Shown piece by piece: positions 20,246-28,557 of a DNA stretch of 64,000 nucleotides (the stretch's first letter is position 1; every line of letters begins with the position of its first letter). The notes beneath the pieces are model-generated. The model saw nothing but the letters and a program-made list of their open reading frames with translations. It had not been told where the DNA came from and made no database searches. Source of the stretch: an uncultured Myxococcales bacterium (GTDB lineage: Bacteria; Myxococcota_A; Polyangia; Fen-1088); the NCBI GenBank assembly GCA_964647025.1, contig CAZYFU010000010.1:10047-74046 (forward strand), in the 5' to 3' direction. Both the position numbers and the translations under genes were made by a program.

Positions 20246-21115
20246 GTGGAAGGCAAGCCGCTTGCTCTGGCTGTCCTGCTCACCGGGGCGTTTGTCATCG
20301 TCCTCGGGGTTTTGATCCTGCATGCGGCCAGCAACCCGCCGCCGACCCCCAAGCGCCCAGAGCCGCCGCCACCGCCTTCGGCGATGATCAACTCCGAACA
20401 GCGCTTCTCGGTCCTGTACTACAAGGCGCTGATCGAGCAGGATGCCAAGTCCTATGGCATCCAGGCGCCCCCCTACGAGGACCTGGCCCAGCCGAACGCC
20501 TATTTCGACGAGCTGCGCGCCAAGCAGCACCTTCGGGTCAAGGCGCCCGTCGAGACGAGGCATCTGCGCATCTCGCTCGAGATCAGCAAGCAGACCACCA
20601 CCATCGAGTCGCACACGCTGACCACCGACCATCTGGTCCTGCGCATCGAAAACCGCACGCCCTTGTACTTGGCCTATCGCGTCGAGACCTCGGTTTCCGA
20701 CAAGGCCAAGTGCGCTCTGAAGGCGAATCTGGCGCATAACGCGATGGCTCTCGAGCCTGAGCAGACGGTTTTGCGCACCGAGTGCCTCTATCGTAAGGAC
20801 GCGCAGATCGAGGTGACCCGCATCGAGGTCATCGAGCTGCCGGCCTTGTCCGCCTTCTATGTGTCACGCCTGCCGCCCAACGCCATTTTGCACGACCCTC
20901 GCACGTCGGCGGGACACACTCCGACGCAAGGGACCTTGTGCGCGCAGACCTTCTCCTGGCGCGAAATCAAGGACGGCATCGACAAAAAAGAGCTGGGATG
21001 GCGCGACGTGGTGGACTTTTACGCGCGCCACAACTGCTCGGAGTACTCGTTTTTCCGCTCCTATCGCTATCGGGGTGACCCAACGGCTCCCTTGCCCGCG
21101 CGGTCTCTCGACTGA
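20246..21115 (+). CDS. hypothetical membrane-anchored protein
   Basis: GTG start 6 nt after the serS stop. N-terminal TM helix LALAVLLTGAFVIVLGVLIL followed by a Pro-rich stretch. Good GC3. No known motif. Confidence 0.5.
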   Translation: MEGKPLALAVLLTGAFVIVLGVLILHAASNPPPTPKRPEPPPPPSAMINSEQRFSVLYYKALIEQDAKSYGIQAPPYEDLAQPNAYFDELRAKQHLRVKAPVETRHLRISLEISKQTTTIESHTLTTDHLVLRIENRTPLYLAYRVETSVSDKAKCALKANLAHNAMALEPEQTVLRTECLYRKDAQIEVTRIEVIELPALSAFYVSRLPPNAILHDPRTSAGHTPTQGTLCAQTFSWREIKDGIDKKELGWRDVVDFYARHNCSEYSFFRSYRYRGDPTAPLPARSLD

Positions 21116-21150
21116 ATCCTTAATTTTCGATACATTACGAGGACTGACGC

Positions 21151-21501
21151 ATGACCAAGGCTGATCTCATCGCGGTAGTCGCAGACAAGCTCAAGTTTCC
21201 GTGGGCTCGCGCGGAGCTACTGGTCGATCAGATCTTCGCCTGCATGACCAATGCTCTCCAACAAGGCGAGGGTATCGAGATTCGTGGGTTTGGCAGTTTC
21301 ACGGTTCGCAGCTACAAGGCCTACGAGGGGCGCAATCCACGCACCGGCGACACCGTTCACGTGCGACCGAAGCGTCTGGCGTTCTTCAAGGTCGGCAAGG
21401 AGTTGCGCGAGCGTGTGAACCAAGGACGGCTCAGGGCCACCGGCAACGCGCCTGTCGTCGCGCCCGAGCCCGCGCCCAGCAATCTGCCTCAGTCCGAGTA
21501 G
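21151..21501 (+). CDS. ihfB: integration host factor beta subunit-like (HU/IHF family DNA-binding protein)
   Basis: MTKADLIAVVADKL...GEGIEIRGFGSFTVRSY...GRNPRTGDTVHVRPKRLAFFKVGKELRERVN. Closest in pattern to IhfB (EIRGFGSF, GRNP+TGD, FK.GKELR). Confidence 0.8.
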   Translation: MTKADLIAVVADKLKFPWARAELLVDQIFACMTNALQQGEGIEIRGFGSFTVRSYKAYEGRNPRTGDTVHVRPKRLAFFKVGKELRERVNQGRLRATGNAPVVAPEPAPSNLPQSE

Positions 21502-23546
21502 CTGGCTGCGAGCCTGACCACGAGGCCTTGGTCGGCGTCGACGAGGACGAGGTCACCGTCCGCGAAAGTGTCGACGGCACCGGCAGCTCCGATGACGGCT
21601 GGAATGCCGCGCTCGCGGGCCTGGGCCGCCACATGGTCGAGCGGGCCGCCGGTCTCGGTGACGATTGCAGCGGGCGTGACCAAGGGCAGCTCGGTGGGAA
21701 GAAGCGTCCGCGCGAGAAGGACGGCGTCTGCGGGCAGGGGCCGGAGCTCACCCGACCGATGCAGCACGATCCGACCCATGGCTTGGCCGCCGGTGCCATG
21801 TCCGCGAGCTGCCTTGTCGTTGGCATGCGCAGTGGCGGGTGGCGGATTCTTGCGGGCGGTTAGCCAAGCCGTGCGGCCCGTCGCTGCGAGTGCGACGAGG
21901 TCGAGGTCTCGCTCGACGCCAGAGCCGAGGCCGCGCAGAACGGCCAGAGGTGCGAAGAAGACGTCGCTCTCGTCGGCAACCCGCCCCGCACGTCGGAGGT
22001 CGCGCCCCATCGCGAGCAGCGAGCGCCGGATCACGGCCTGTGCCCGCGCGTAGAGCCAGTCGTCTCCCTCCGACAGCGAGATGGCATCGCGGGCCAAGGG
22101 AAGCAGTCCGTGCCACTCTTCTCGCCGGTCGCGAGGCAGCTGCGTGGTCACCTGGGCATTCGCAGCCTGCCAGTCGAGCGTGCACGCCTCGCATCCTCCA
22201 CCCCGGTCGAGCAGCAGCGGCGACCGATCCTCGGCATAGGTCGGAGCCGACACGTCCCAGATGGCGGACTCGTCGCCGAACAGCCGCAGGTACGCGTCCG
22301 TGGCCAGGGATCGCTCCGCGTCCGTCTCGGCCAGACGAATGGCGGCGGCATGGCGGCGGCGCTCTTCGGCCATGGAGGGAACGCCCGCAAGCAGGGCAGG
22401 CAGCAGGGGTAGCTGACCTTGCGCGTGGTCGCGGAGGAAGTCCTGCAATCGCCGGCGTGTTCGCTTGAGCATCGGTTGCAGCACACCGAAGATCCGCTGG
22501 TACGCCGATGCGAACAGCGACAACGCCTCCTCCAGCTTCGGCGCTTGCCCAAGCGCCGAGAGCGCTGTCTCCAAATCCGCTCGGAGCTTTTCGAAGTAGT
22601 CGCGGGCAGTGAGCTCGGGCGCGGGCGGGACCTCGCGTTCGTCGCTTGCGTAGAAGAGGTAGCCGCCCAGAACGCGCTGCCGAATTCCTATGCGGCAATG
22701 CTGGTCGACGAATTCGACCAGCCCGGCCTGCGCCGGCGACAAAGGGAGCGGGTTGTGTGCCGCGTCCCATCGCCATGCCGCCCGGTCTTCTCCCTCGGCG
22801 AGGTCTTTCCAGCCGAGCCACTCCACGGAGGGCGGTTTGGACTGGAAGGGCCGCGCCTGCAGGTAGACGAGCCCCTGCTCGGACAGCACCCACTCGATTT
22901 CCGCGGGGCCAAGGCCGCGGACGAGCTCCTCCAACGCGGCTCGCAACAGGGTGTCCGCCTCGGCCGGCAAAGCCCCTCGGCGAATCATCACTTCCGGTTC
23001 TGCCTGTGCGTCCGGCGCGAAGGCGGCACTACCCTCGGCGAGGCCCGCGACGTAGGCGTGGATCAGCACCGCGACTGGCGCTTCTCCCGCCTCGTGTCCA
23101 TGGGCCATGGCATAGGCCGCGGCACCCGGCGAGAGCGCCGAGGCCAGCACCCGACGGATGGCGTGCCCCACCTCGGCAGCCGGCAAGTCCACGTACGACT
23201 CGTACACGCCGGCGGCCAGTGCTCCGGCCATGTCCTCTCGGGCGAAAGACGAGCGAACCGAGAACCTGTCCGCTCCGACATCTCGCAGACGGGCGTCGAG
23301 CTGTGCTGCGAATCCTTCGGGCCAGGGGGCGTACTCGACCTGCTTCCGGTATTGCGCCAGCGCAGCCCAGGTGGCGTCTCCGAAGGTGGCCGGCAGAGCG
23401 ATGGTCGGGCAGAGCGTGCGAAACAGCGCGTCCGTGACCGCGAACCCGCGAGGCGTCAGCAAACCCGCGCCGGCCAAGCGCGCCAGCGACCGGGCTTTTC
23501 CACCCAAGCTGGCGTCGGCAGCGGCGAGTGCCGCAAGGTAGGACAT
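21489..23546 (-). CDS. PEP-utilising enzyme family protein (PPDK_N ATP-grasp plus C-terminal phosphohistidine mobile domain), rifampicin phosphotransferase / PEP synthase-like
   Basis: N-terminus: GGKARSLARLAGAGLLTPRGFAVT ... FSVRSSFAREDMAGALAAG (the PEP synthase VRSSATAEDL motif). C-terminus: TETGGPLDHVAAQARERGIPAVIGA (swivelling His domain). No signal peptide. Its 3' end overlaps ihfB convergently by 13 nt. Confidence 0.8.
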   Translation of the reverse strand: MSYLAALAAADASLGGKARSLARLAGAGLLTPRGFAVTDALFRTLCPTIALPATFGDATWAALAQYRKQVEYAPWPEGFAAQLDARLRDVGADRFSVRSSFAREDMAGALAAGVYESYVDLPAAEVGHAIRRVLASALSPGAAAYAMAHGHEAGEAPVAVLIHAYVAGLAEGSAAFAPDAQAEPEVMIRRGALPAEADTLLRAALEELVRGLGPAEIEWVLSEQGLVYLQARPFQSKPPSVEWLGWKDLAEGEDRAAWRWDAAHNPLPLSPAQAGLVEFVDQHCRIGIRQRVLGGYLFYASDEREVPPAPELTARDYFEKLRADLETALSALGQAPKLEEALSLFASAYQRIFGVLQPMLKRTRRRLQDFLRDHAQGQLPLLPALLAGVPSMAEERRRHAAAIRLAETDAERSLATDAYLRLFGDESAIWDVSAPTYAEDRSPLLLDRGGGCEACTLDWQAANAQVTTQLPRDRREEWHGLLPLARDAISLSEGDDWLYARAQAVIRRSLLAMGRDLRRAGRVADESDVFFAPLAVLRGLGSGVERDLDLVALAATGRTAWLTARKNPPPATAHANDKAARGHGTGGQAMGRIVLHRSGELRPLPADAVLLARTLLPTELPLVTPAAIVTETGGPLDHVAAQARERGIPAVIGAAGAVDTFADGDLVLVDADQGLVVRLAASYSD

Positions 23547-23628
23547 GCCCGCAATCTAGCAGCCCGGCCGCGGGTTTTCGGCCGATTTGCGATTGCCGCT
23601 CCCGCCCTCGGCCCCTATAGTGCGCGGC

Positions 23629-24186
23629 ATGCGCGGTCCGTTGCTGTCAGGAAGTCTCGGCAGCCAGGCGACCCTCGCCCGGGTCTGCAGCCTGGTGCGG
23701 GACCGTTCGCCCGTGGTCGTCCTGTCGACCCTCTGGCTCGCCGAGACCCTCGCCACCGAGATGCCCATCCTCGCTTTGGTCGAGGAGGAGAAGCGCGCGG
23801 CAGCGTTGCGGAGCCAGAGGAAGGCGCGCAAGACCGGGCTGCCCCTGACCATCGTAATGGCCGCGTCCGAGCTGCCCCTGGCGTCCGAGTCGGTGGGCGC
23901 CGTGCTCGTCGACAGCCTCATCGACATCGAAGAACCGGGAGCTGCGGCTGAGCTGCTCCTCGGTGTTCTTCCGACGCTGCGGCCGGGCGGAATCGTGGTG
24001 TCCCTCGATGCCACCAAGAGCCCCGAGCTGGAAGCGCGCGTGTCGGGCATGTTCTTGGCCGCGAGCCTCGTGCACATCGCGCAGATGCGACCCCGAGACG
24101 GCGCGCTGCTGACCGTGGCGCAGGCACCGCACCCGGCGGTGACGGCGGCGCGACTCCGGCCTGCTTACGGCATCATCGAAGAGTAG
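23629..24186 (+). CDS. hypothetical protein
   Basis: Strong GC3 coding bias. ATG at 23629 (MRGPLLSG) is preferred over TTG at 23587. No recognised domain (weak Rossmann-like GAVLVDSLID). Confidence 0.45.
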   Translation: MRGPLLSGSLGSQATLARVCSLVRDRSPVVVLSTLWLAETLATEMPILALVEEEKRAAALRSQRKARKTGLPLTIVMAASELPLASESVGAVLVDSLIDIEEPGAAAELLLGVLPTLRPGGIVVSLDATKSPELEARVSGMFLAASLVHIAQMRPRDGALLTVAQAPHPAVTAARLRPAYGIIEE

Positions 24187-24212
24187 TCGGCGGTAGTCGA
24201 AGACACGGAGCG

Positions 24213-25643
24213 ATGCGGTCCACGAGGCGTACGACGGTGCGAACAGTTCGCCGATCCCTGCTGGCGGCGGGCGTGTCCCTGGCCGTGCACGTGGGCCTGG
24301 TAGCAGCCGCGGTCGGCGTGAGCACGTGGCGCATGTTCGCCATGGCGCCGCCGATTCGTGTGCAGACCATCGCCATCGATCTGGTCAAGGAACTGCCGCT
24401 TGGCGCGCCGGCCAGCAAAGAGCCACCCCGGGCGTCCGAGCCGCCACTGCCCGTGCGTAAGCCCAAGCATCGCGCCGCTGCGGCCAAGAATGGTGTCACG
24501 GTGGTCGTGAGCAAAGACGCTGGCGCTCCGGATGCCCAGCCCAGACCCAGCCCGAAGCGAGAGCCGATGGACGCCGGCAGCATCGATGGCGGACGCCGTC
24601 GGCCCGGCGATCTGCGCAGCAACGGCCCCGAAGGCTCGCGCGTGATCGCTCTCCTGCGTCTCGACCGCCTGCGCGCCTCTCCGGAGGCGGAGAAGACCAC
24701 GGCGGCGTTGGACCAACTGCTGATGCTGTTGCCGGATCGGAAGCGATTGATCGAAGGCAGCGGTCTCGACCTCTACCGCGACTTCGACAGTCTACTCATC
24801 GCTACGCCGAATCCCGCGGATCCCTCGGTGACGTTTCTCGCGGCTCGCCATCACCTGGGCGACGCCTCGATCAAGGGGGGCCTAGACCGTGGCGCCAAGG
24901 CCGCGCAGAAGGCCATCCGCTGGCGGACCGTGGACGGGCGGCCGGTGGGAATCCGCCAGCAGCCCAAGGTGGACCCGGCTTTGTCGAGCTTCGAGCGCGA
25001 CGACCGTATCCTGGTCTTGCCCGAGCCCAACATGGCCATCATCGCGACGCCCGCTTACGCCGCGCAGCTGCTGGGTGTGGATCCGGCGAACCCGACGATC
25101 AGGGCGAACCTGTACATCGACGGCGGCGTCAGCGACGGCAAACCCCGGCTGCCACAAGCCCCCCCGCGCGTCGCATGGCGCGAGATCGTCGAACGCATCG
25201 ACGCGGAGGACACGGCGGTGCCCGAGGACGCGGCGTTCATGATGTCTGCGACCAACGTCTTCGGCCCGGCACCGTCGAGCCTGGCCGCTCCTGCCACGAA
25301 AGGAACCGCTGACGACAAGTCACCGCAAGGCGCAGCTCCCGCGCCGGAAGTCCTGACCCTGGTGGTGGGCGCGCAGTCGCCCTACATCCAGATTATCGCC
25401 GAGTTCAAGACCGAGGCCGACGCGGAGCGCTGGGAACAGGATCTGCCCGGATGGCGCAGGCAGTTGTTGGTCAATCCGCTGGTGCTCGTGAGTGGTTTCT
25501 CACCTTTGATAAGGCGCGCCGAGGTGTCGAGAGATGGGGCCAACCTCGAGCTACGGGTGGATCTCGCGGTGGAGGAGCTGCAGCGGCTGCTCAATGTGGT
25601 GGCCAACCTGACCCGCACGGCGTTCGCGGCCGGGCGGCGGTAG
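24213..25643 (+). CDS. hypothetical membrane-anchored Pro-rich protein
   Basis: N-terminal Arg-rich segment, then TM helix LLAAGVSLAVHVGLVAAAVGV, a Pro/Lys-rich linker (TonB-like N-terminal organisation), and a C-terminal domain of unknown function of about 330 aa. Good GC3. Confidence 0.5.
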   Translation: MRSTRRTTVRTVRRSLLAAGVSLAVHVGLVAAAVGVSTWRMFAMAPPIRVQTIAIDLVKELPLGAPASKEPPRASEPPLPVRKPKHRAAAAKNGVTVVVSKDAGAPDAQPRPSPKREPMDAGSIDGGRRRPGDLRSNGPEGSRVIALLRLDRLRASPEAEKTTAALDQLLMLLPDRKRLIEGSGLDLYRDFDSLLIATPNPADPSVTFLAARHHLGDASIKGGLDRGAKAAQKAIRWRTVDGRPVGIRQQPKVDPALSSFERDDRILVLPEPNMAIIATPAYAAQLLGVDPANPTIRANLYIDGGVSDGKPRLPQAPPRVAWREIVERIDAEDTAVPEDAAFMMSATNVFGPAPSSLAAPATKGTADDKSPQGAAPAPEVLTLVVGAQSPYIQIIAEFKTEADAERWEQDLPGWRRQLLVNPLVLVSGFSPLIRRAEVSRDGANLELRVDLAVEELQRLLNVVANLTRTAFAAGRR

Positions 25644-25652
25644 CGCTGCCCT

Positions 25653-26471
25653 TCAGCGGCGCTTCGAGCGCTTCGTCAGCTTCTGCGTGACGCCGGCAGG
25701 ACGCTCGAATGCGAGCGTCATCGGGAAGGTCGCGCGTAGCACGACGCTGGAGTGGGACGTGGGCGCGTCGTTGATCCGAACCTTCCGCATCAGCGCGACC
25801 GCGCACACGGCCGCTGTAGGATCCAGCGCGCCCTGGGATGCGAAGCCCACGGAGCCGATGGCTCCCCCTGGCTCGACGTAGGCGATGACATCCACGTCCG
25901 ATCCGCCGATCCGGCCGCAGTCCGCGAGGTCCGAGGAAATCTCGTAGAGGTGTCGGGCCATCTCTTCCCCGTTCCATGGCACCACCGACCGTTCGCCCGT
26001 CGAGGTGAAGTTCATGGAGTACTCGAAATCCGTGCTGCGACGGCCCTCGGGCGCGGGAAAGACGATCTGCTTGGCTTGCAGCACGAGGCAGCTCTCCACG
26101 GGGTAGCTGCCAAGGCCGTTCCTGATCACTTGGACATCCGAGGTCGCGCCGGTCGCCGACACCACGAAGCGCATGACGATCTCGCCGGACAGATACTTCC
26201 GTGCTTCACCGGCGCGGGTGAAGCAGCTGGCCATGGCGCGCTCGTGCGGCCTGATGGCCCGGTCGACGGAATGCTCGTCGAGGTATCCGACGGACATCTC
26301 CATCCCCATGCTCCTGTCGTCACTGGCGACTTCGCCCGCTGTCCATCCCCTGTGGTTGCCCTTCCTCGCCTGTTTGCGGGGCGGATCGTCGGGGCGAATC
26401 TCGGGTTCGCTCGCGCACCCCAGGGCAACGGTTGCTGCTACACACATCAGCAGTAGAAAATGTCGCCTCAT
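25653..26471 (-). CDS. lipoprotein with two TonB C-terminal-like repeats
   Basis: MRRHFLLLMCVAATVALGCAS lipobox. Two repeats match the TonB_C pattern G.I..RF.V...G...DV.V.....G....SC (GEIVMRFVVSATGATSDVQVIRNGLGSYPVESCLVLQAKQIVFPAP, and a second copy). Confidence 0.55.
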   Translation of the reverse strand: MRRHFLLLMCVAATVALGCASEPEIRPDDPPRKQARKGNHRGWTAGEVASDDRSMGMEMSVGYLDEHSVDRAIRPHERAMASCFTRAGEARKYLSGEIVMRFVVSATGATSDVQVIRNGLGSYPVESCLVLQAKQIVFPAPEGRRSTDFEYSMNFTSTGERSVVPWNGEEMARHLYEISSDLADCGRIGGSDVDVIAYVEPGGAIGSVGFASQGALDPTAAVCAVALMRKVRINDAPTSHSSVVLRATFPMTLAFERPAGVTQKLTKRSKRR

Positions 26472-26785
26472 CTCTAGTAAGGCATTATACATTTTTTCAA
26501 CCATAAAACAACCCTCGAGGAGCAACTTCGGGCGGTGATCACGCAGGCTGAGACATGCCCGCTTCGACCCACCTCTCTCCTGTAGAGGAGCCTTCGGTCG
26601 CCTCGATGGTTAGCTTGAATCTGATGGGCCCGGCGATTTTTTGGGCGTGTGTGTGCGACAATAAACACCTGTGCGGGAAGGGCGACGCACGCAAATCTTT
26701 GGCCTCCTGGGCGTCTGACAGCAAAACGCCGAGGACAATCCCACTCGGCGGGATCACCTCGGCGTTCGCGTAACGGGAAGGGCGA

Positions 26786-27220
26786 TCAGTACTGGGGCTC
26801 GAAGGTGTAGTCGTACTGGACGTCCCCGGGACGATCGAGCTTGGGGAACTCGAAGTCCTTCACGGTCTGGATCAGGCAGTCCTCGACCTCTTTGTTCTTG
26901 AGCGTTCCGCCCATGATCTTCACGTTCTTGGCGGAGCCGTTCGTATTGAGCGAAAGCATGATCTTGACCGTGCCTTTGAACTCACGCGTTCGTTTCTCGT
27001 TGAGCACGTCTTGGTAGCACTTGCGCGCGGAGGCGTCGCGCTGCTGCAGGACCAAGAAGATGTCGGCCTGCTTGTCCGGCGGAATGCCACCGGTGTTGAT
27101 GGTCATCTCTTCACCACCGCGCACGACGACGGGTAGAGGCTTGCCTTCTTCGCCCGTGGTGGCGCACGCACCGAGCGCAAAACAGGTTCCCATGGCGAAC
27201 AAGATCGCGTTCATCCTCAT
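26786..27220 (-). CDS. lipoprotein with a single TonB C-terminal-like domain (paralogue of the upstream gene)
   Basis: MRMNAILFAMGTCFALGACAT lipobox, then FKGTVKIMLSLNTNGSAKNVKIMGGTLKNKEVEDCLIQTVKDFEFP. Slightly lower GC than its neighbours. Confidence 0.55.
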   Translation of the reverse strand: MRMNAILFAMGTCFALGACATTGEEGKPLPVVVRGGEEMTINTGGIPPDKQADIFLVLQQRDASARKCYQDVLNEKRTREFKGTVKIMLSLNTNGSAKNVKIMGGTLKNKEVEDCLIQTVKDFEFPKLDRPGDVQYDYTFEPQY

Positions 27221-27265
27221 CGCTTGGCCCTCCGCATAAGGTGGATCGAGAGAAACACAACGGTC

Positions 27266-28405
27266 TTAGTCCTTTAGCAAATTGGATGCAATGCCCAGTC
27301 GCTGCATTTCGGTAGTCCCTTCATAGATTTCGGTGACCTTGGCGTCGCGGAAGTAGCGCTCGACCGGGAACTCGGCCAGGCAGCCATTGCCACCCAGAAT
27401 CTGGACTGCGTCGCTCGTAGCTCGGCTTGCCGCTTCGGATGCCAGCAGCTTCGCCATCGAAGCTTGCGCCCCGCATGCGCTGCCGACGTCGCGGCAATTG
27501 GCAGCCCGCCAGGTCAGAAGGCGAGCGGCATCGATCTGTGTGGACATCTCGGCCAACATGAACTGGATGGTCTGGTGGTCCGCGATGGCTTGCCCGTCGG
27601 TCTTCCGCGACAGTGCGTACTTCGTCGCGCTGTCGAAGGCTGCCCTGGCGATGCCCACGGCCAACGCCGCGGCGCCGATGCGATTGCCCTCGCTCGCGAA
27701 TTGCGCGATCTCGCTGCCCTGTCCTTCAGCGCCCAGCAGGGCAGCCTGGGGAACGCTGACGTGATCGAGCGTCATGGACGCGGCGACGGCGCCGCGTAGG
27801 CCGAGCTTGCTGTAGGCGGGGCCGAAGGCGACGCCCGGGGTGTTGGTCGGGACCAAGAAGGCCGACAGCGCTTGCTTCCCTTCGGACGTGGTCGCTGCGA
27901 ACAGCAAAGCGCACTGGGCGGCCGGGCCCGCGGTCACGAAGGTCTTTGCCCCTTCGATGACCCAGCCGTCGCCTTCGCGGCGCGCCTTCGTGCTCAGGCC
28001 CTGCACGGTAGACGACCCGGATGCCTCGCTGAGCGCGAAACAGCCCAGGCTCGCTCCCGTCGCCAATGCCGGCAACCAGTGTCGCTTCTGCGCGTCCGAT
28101 CCGAAACGTCGAATCGGCTCGCACACGAGGAGGTTGTGCATGCTCACGAGGAGCCCGGTGGAAGCGCAGGCGCTGGCCAGCTCCTCGACGGCGAGAGCAC
28201 AGGCGAGGTGGTCGCCGCCAGCGCCACCCGATGACGTGGGCGTGGTGATCCCGAGCAGGCCAGCCTCGGACAAGCGCCTGATAGCTTCCTGCGGGAAGCG
28301 CTGCTGGCGATCGGTCTCGGCTGCGCCCGGTGCGATCTCGCGAATGGCGAGGTCTCGCGCTTTGTCACGCAGCGCCTTTTGTGCGTCCGTCAAGTCGAAG
28401 TCCAC
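27266..28405 (-). CDS. acyl-CoA dehydrogenase
   Basis: 379 aa with the canonical ACAD N, middle and C domains (...GCFALSEASGSSTV..., ...YEGTTEMQRLGIASNLLKD). Confidence 0.9.
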   Translation of the reverse strand: MDFDLTDAQKALRDKARDLAIREIAPGAAETDRQQRFPQEAIRRLSEAGLLGITTPTSSGGAGGDHLACALAVEELASACASTGLLVSMHNLLVCEPIRRFGSDAQKRHWLPALATGASLGCFALSEASGSSTVQGLSTKARREGDGWVIEGAKTFVTAGPAAQCALLFAATTSEGKQALSAFLVPTNTPGVAFGPAYSKLGLRGAVAASMTLDHVSVPQAALLGAEGQGSEIAQFASEGNRIGAAALAVGIARAAFDSATKYALSRKTDGQAIADHQTIQFMLAEMSTQIDAARLLTWRAANCRDVGSACGAQASMAKLLASEAASRATSDAVQILGGNGCLAEFPVERYFRDAKVTEIYEGTTEMQRLGIASNLLKD

Positions 28406-28557
28406 GGTGCTTCTTTACCACTCCCGGCATGGGATTTCGCCGCCCTAACGCGACGAATTTCGATTTATGCTGGCGGCGCAGACAGAGCCCTCTCACGCTC
28501 AAGGACTTGGCGGCGGCGTATCCCGAAGCGAAGCGCTCGGTGCGCGAGCTGTGGATC

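Noticed and set aside
19226-20737. 503-aa minus-strand ORF
   Set aside because: It is antisense to serS and the downstream membrane protein, with a low-complexity R/G/L/D-rich translation.
22419-23951. 510-aa plus-strand ORF and several overlapping Arg-rich ORFs (21748..22893, 21839..22468)
   Set aside because: They overlap the PEP-utilising enzyme gene on the opposite strand or in other frames. The Arg/Pro-rich translations are typical of off-frame high-GC reading.
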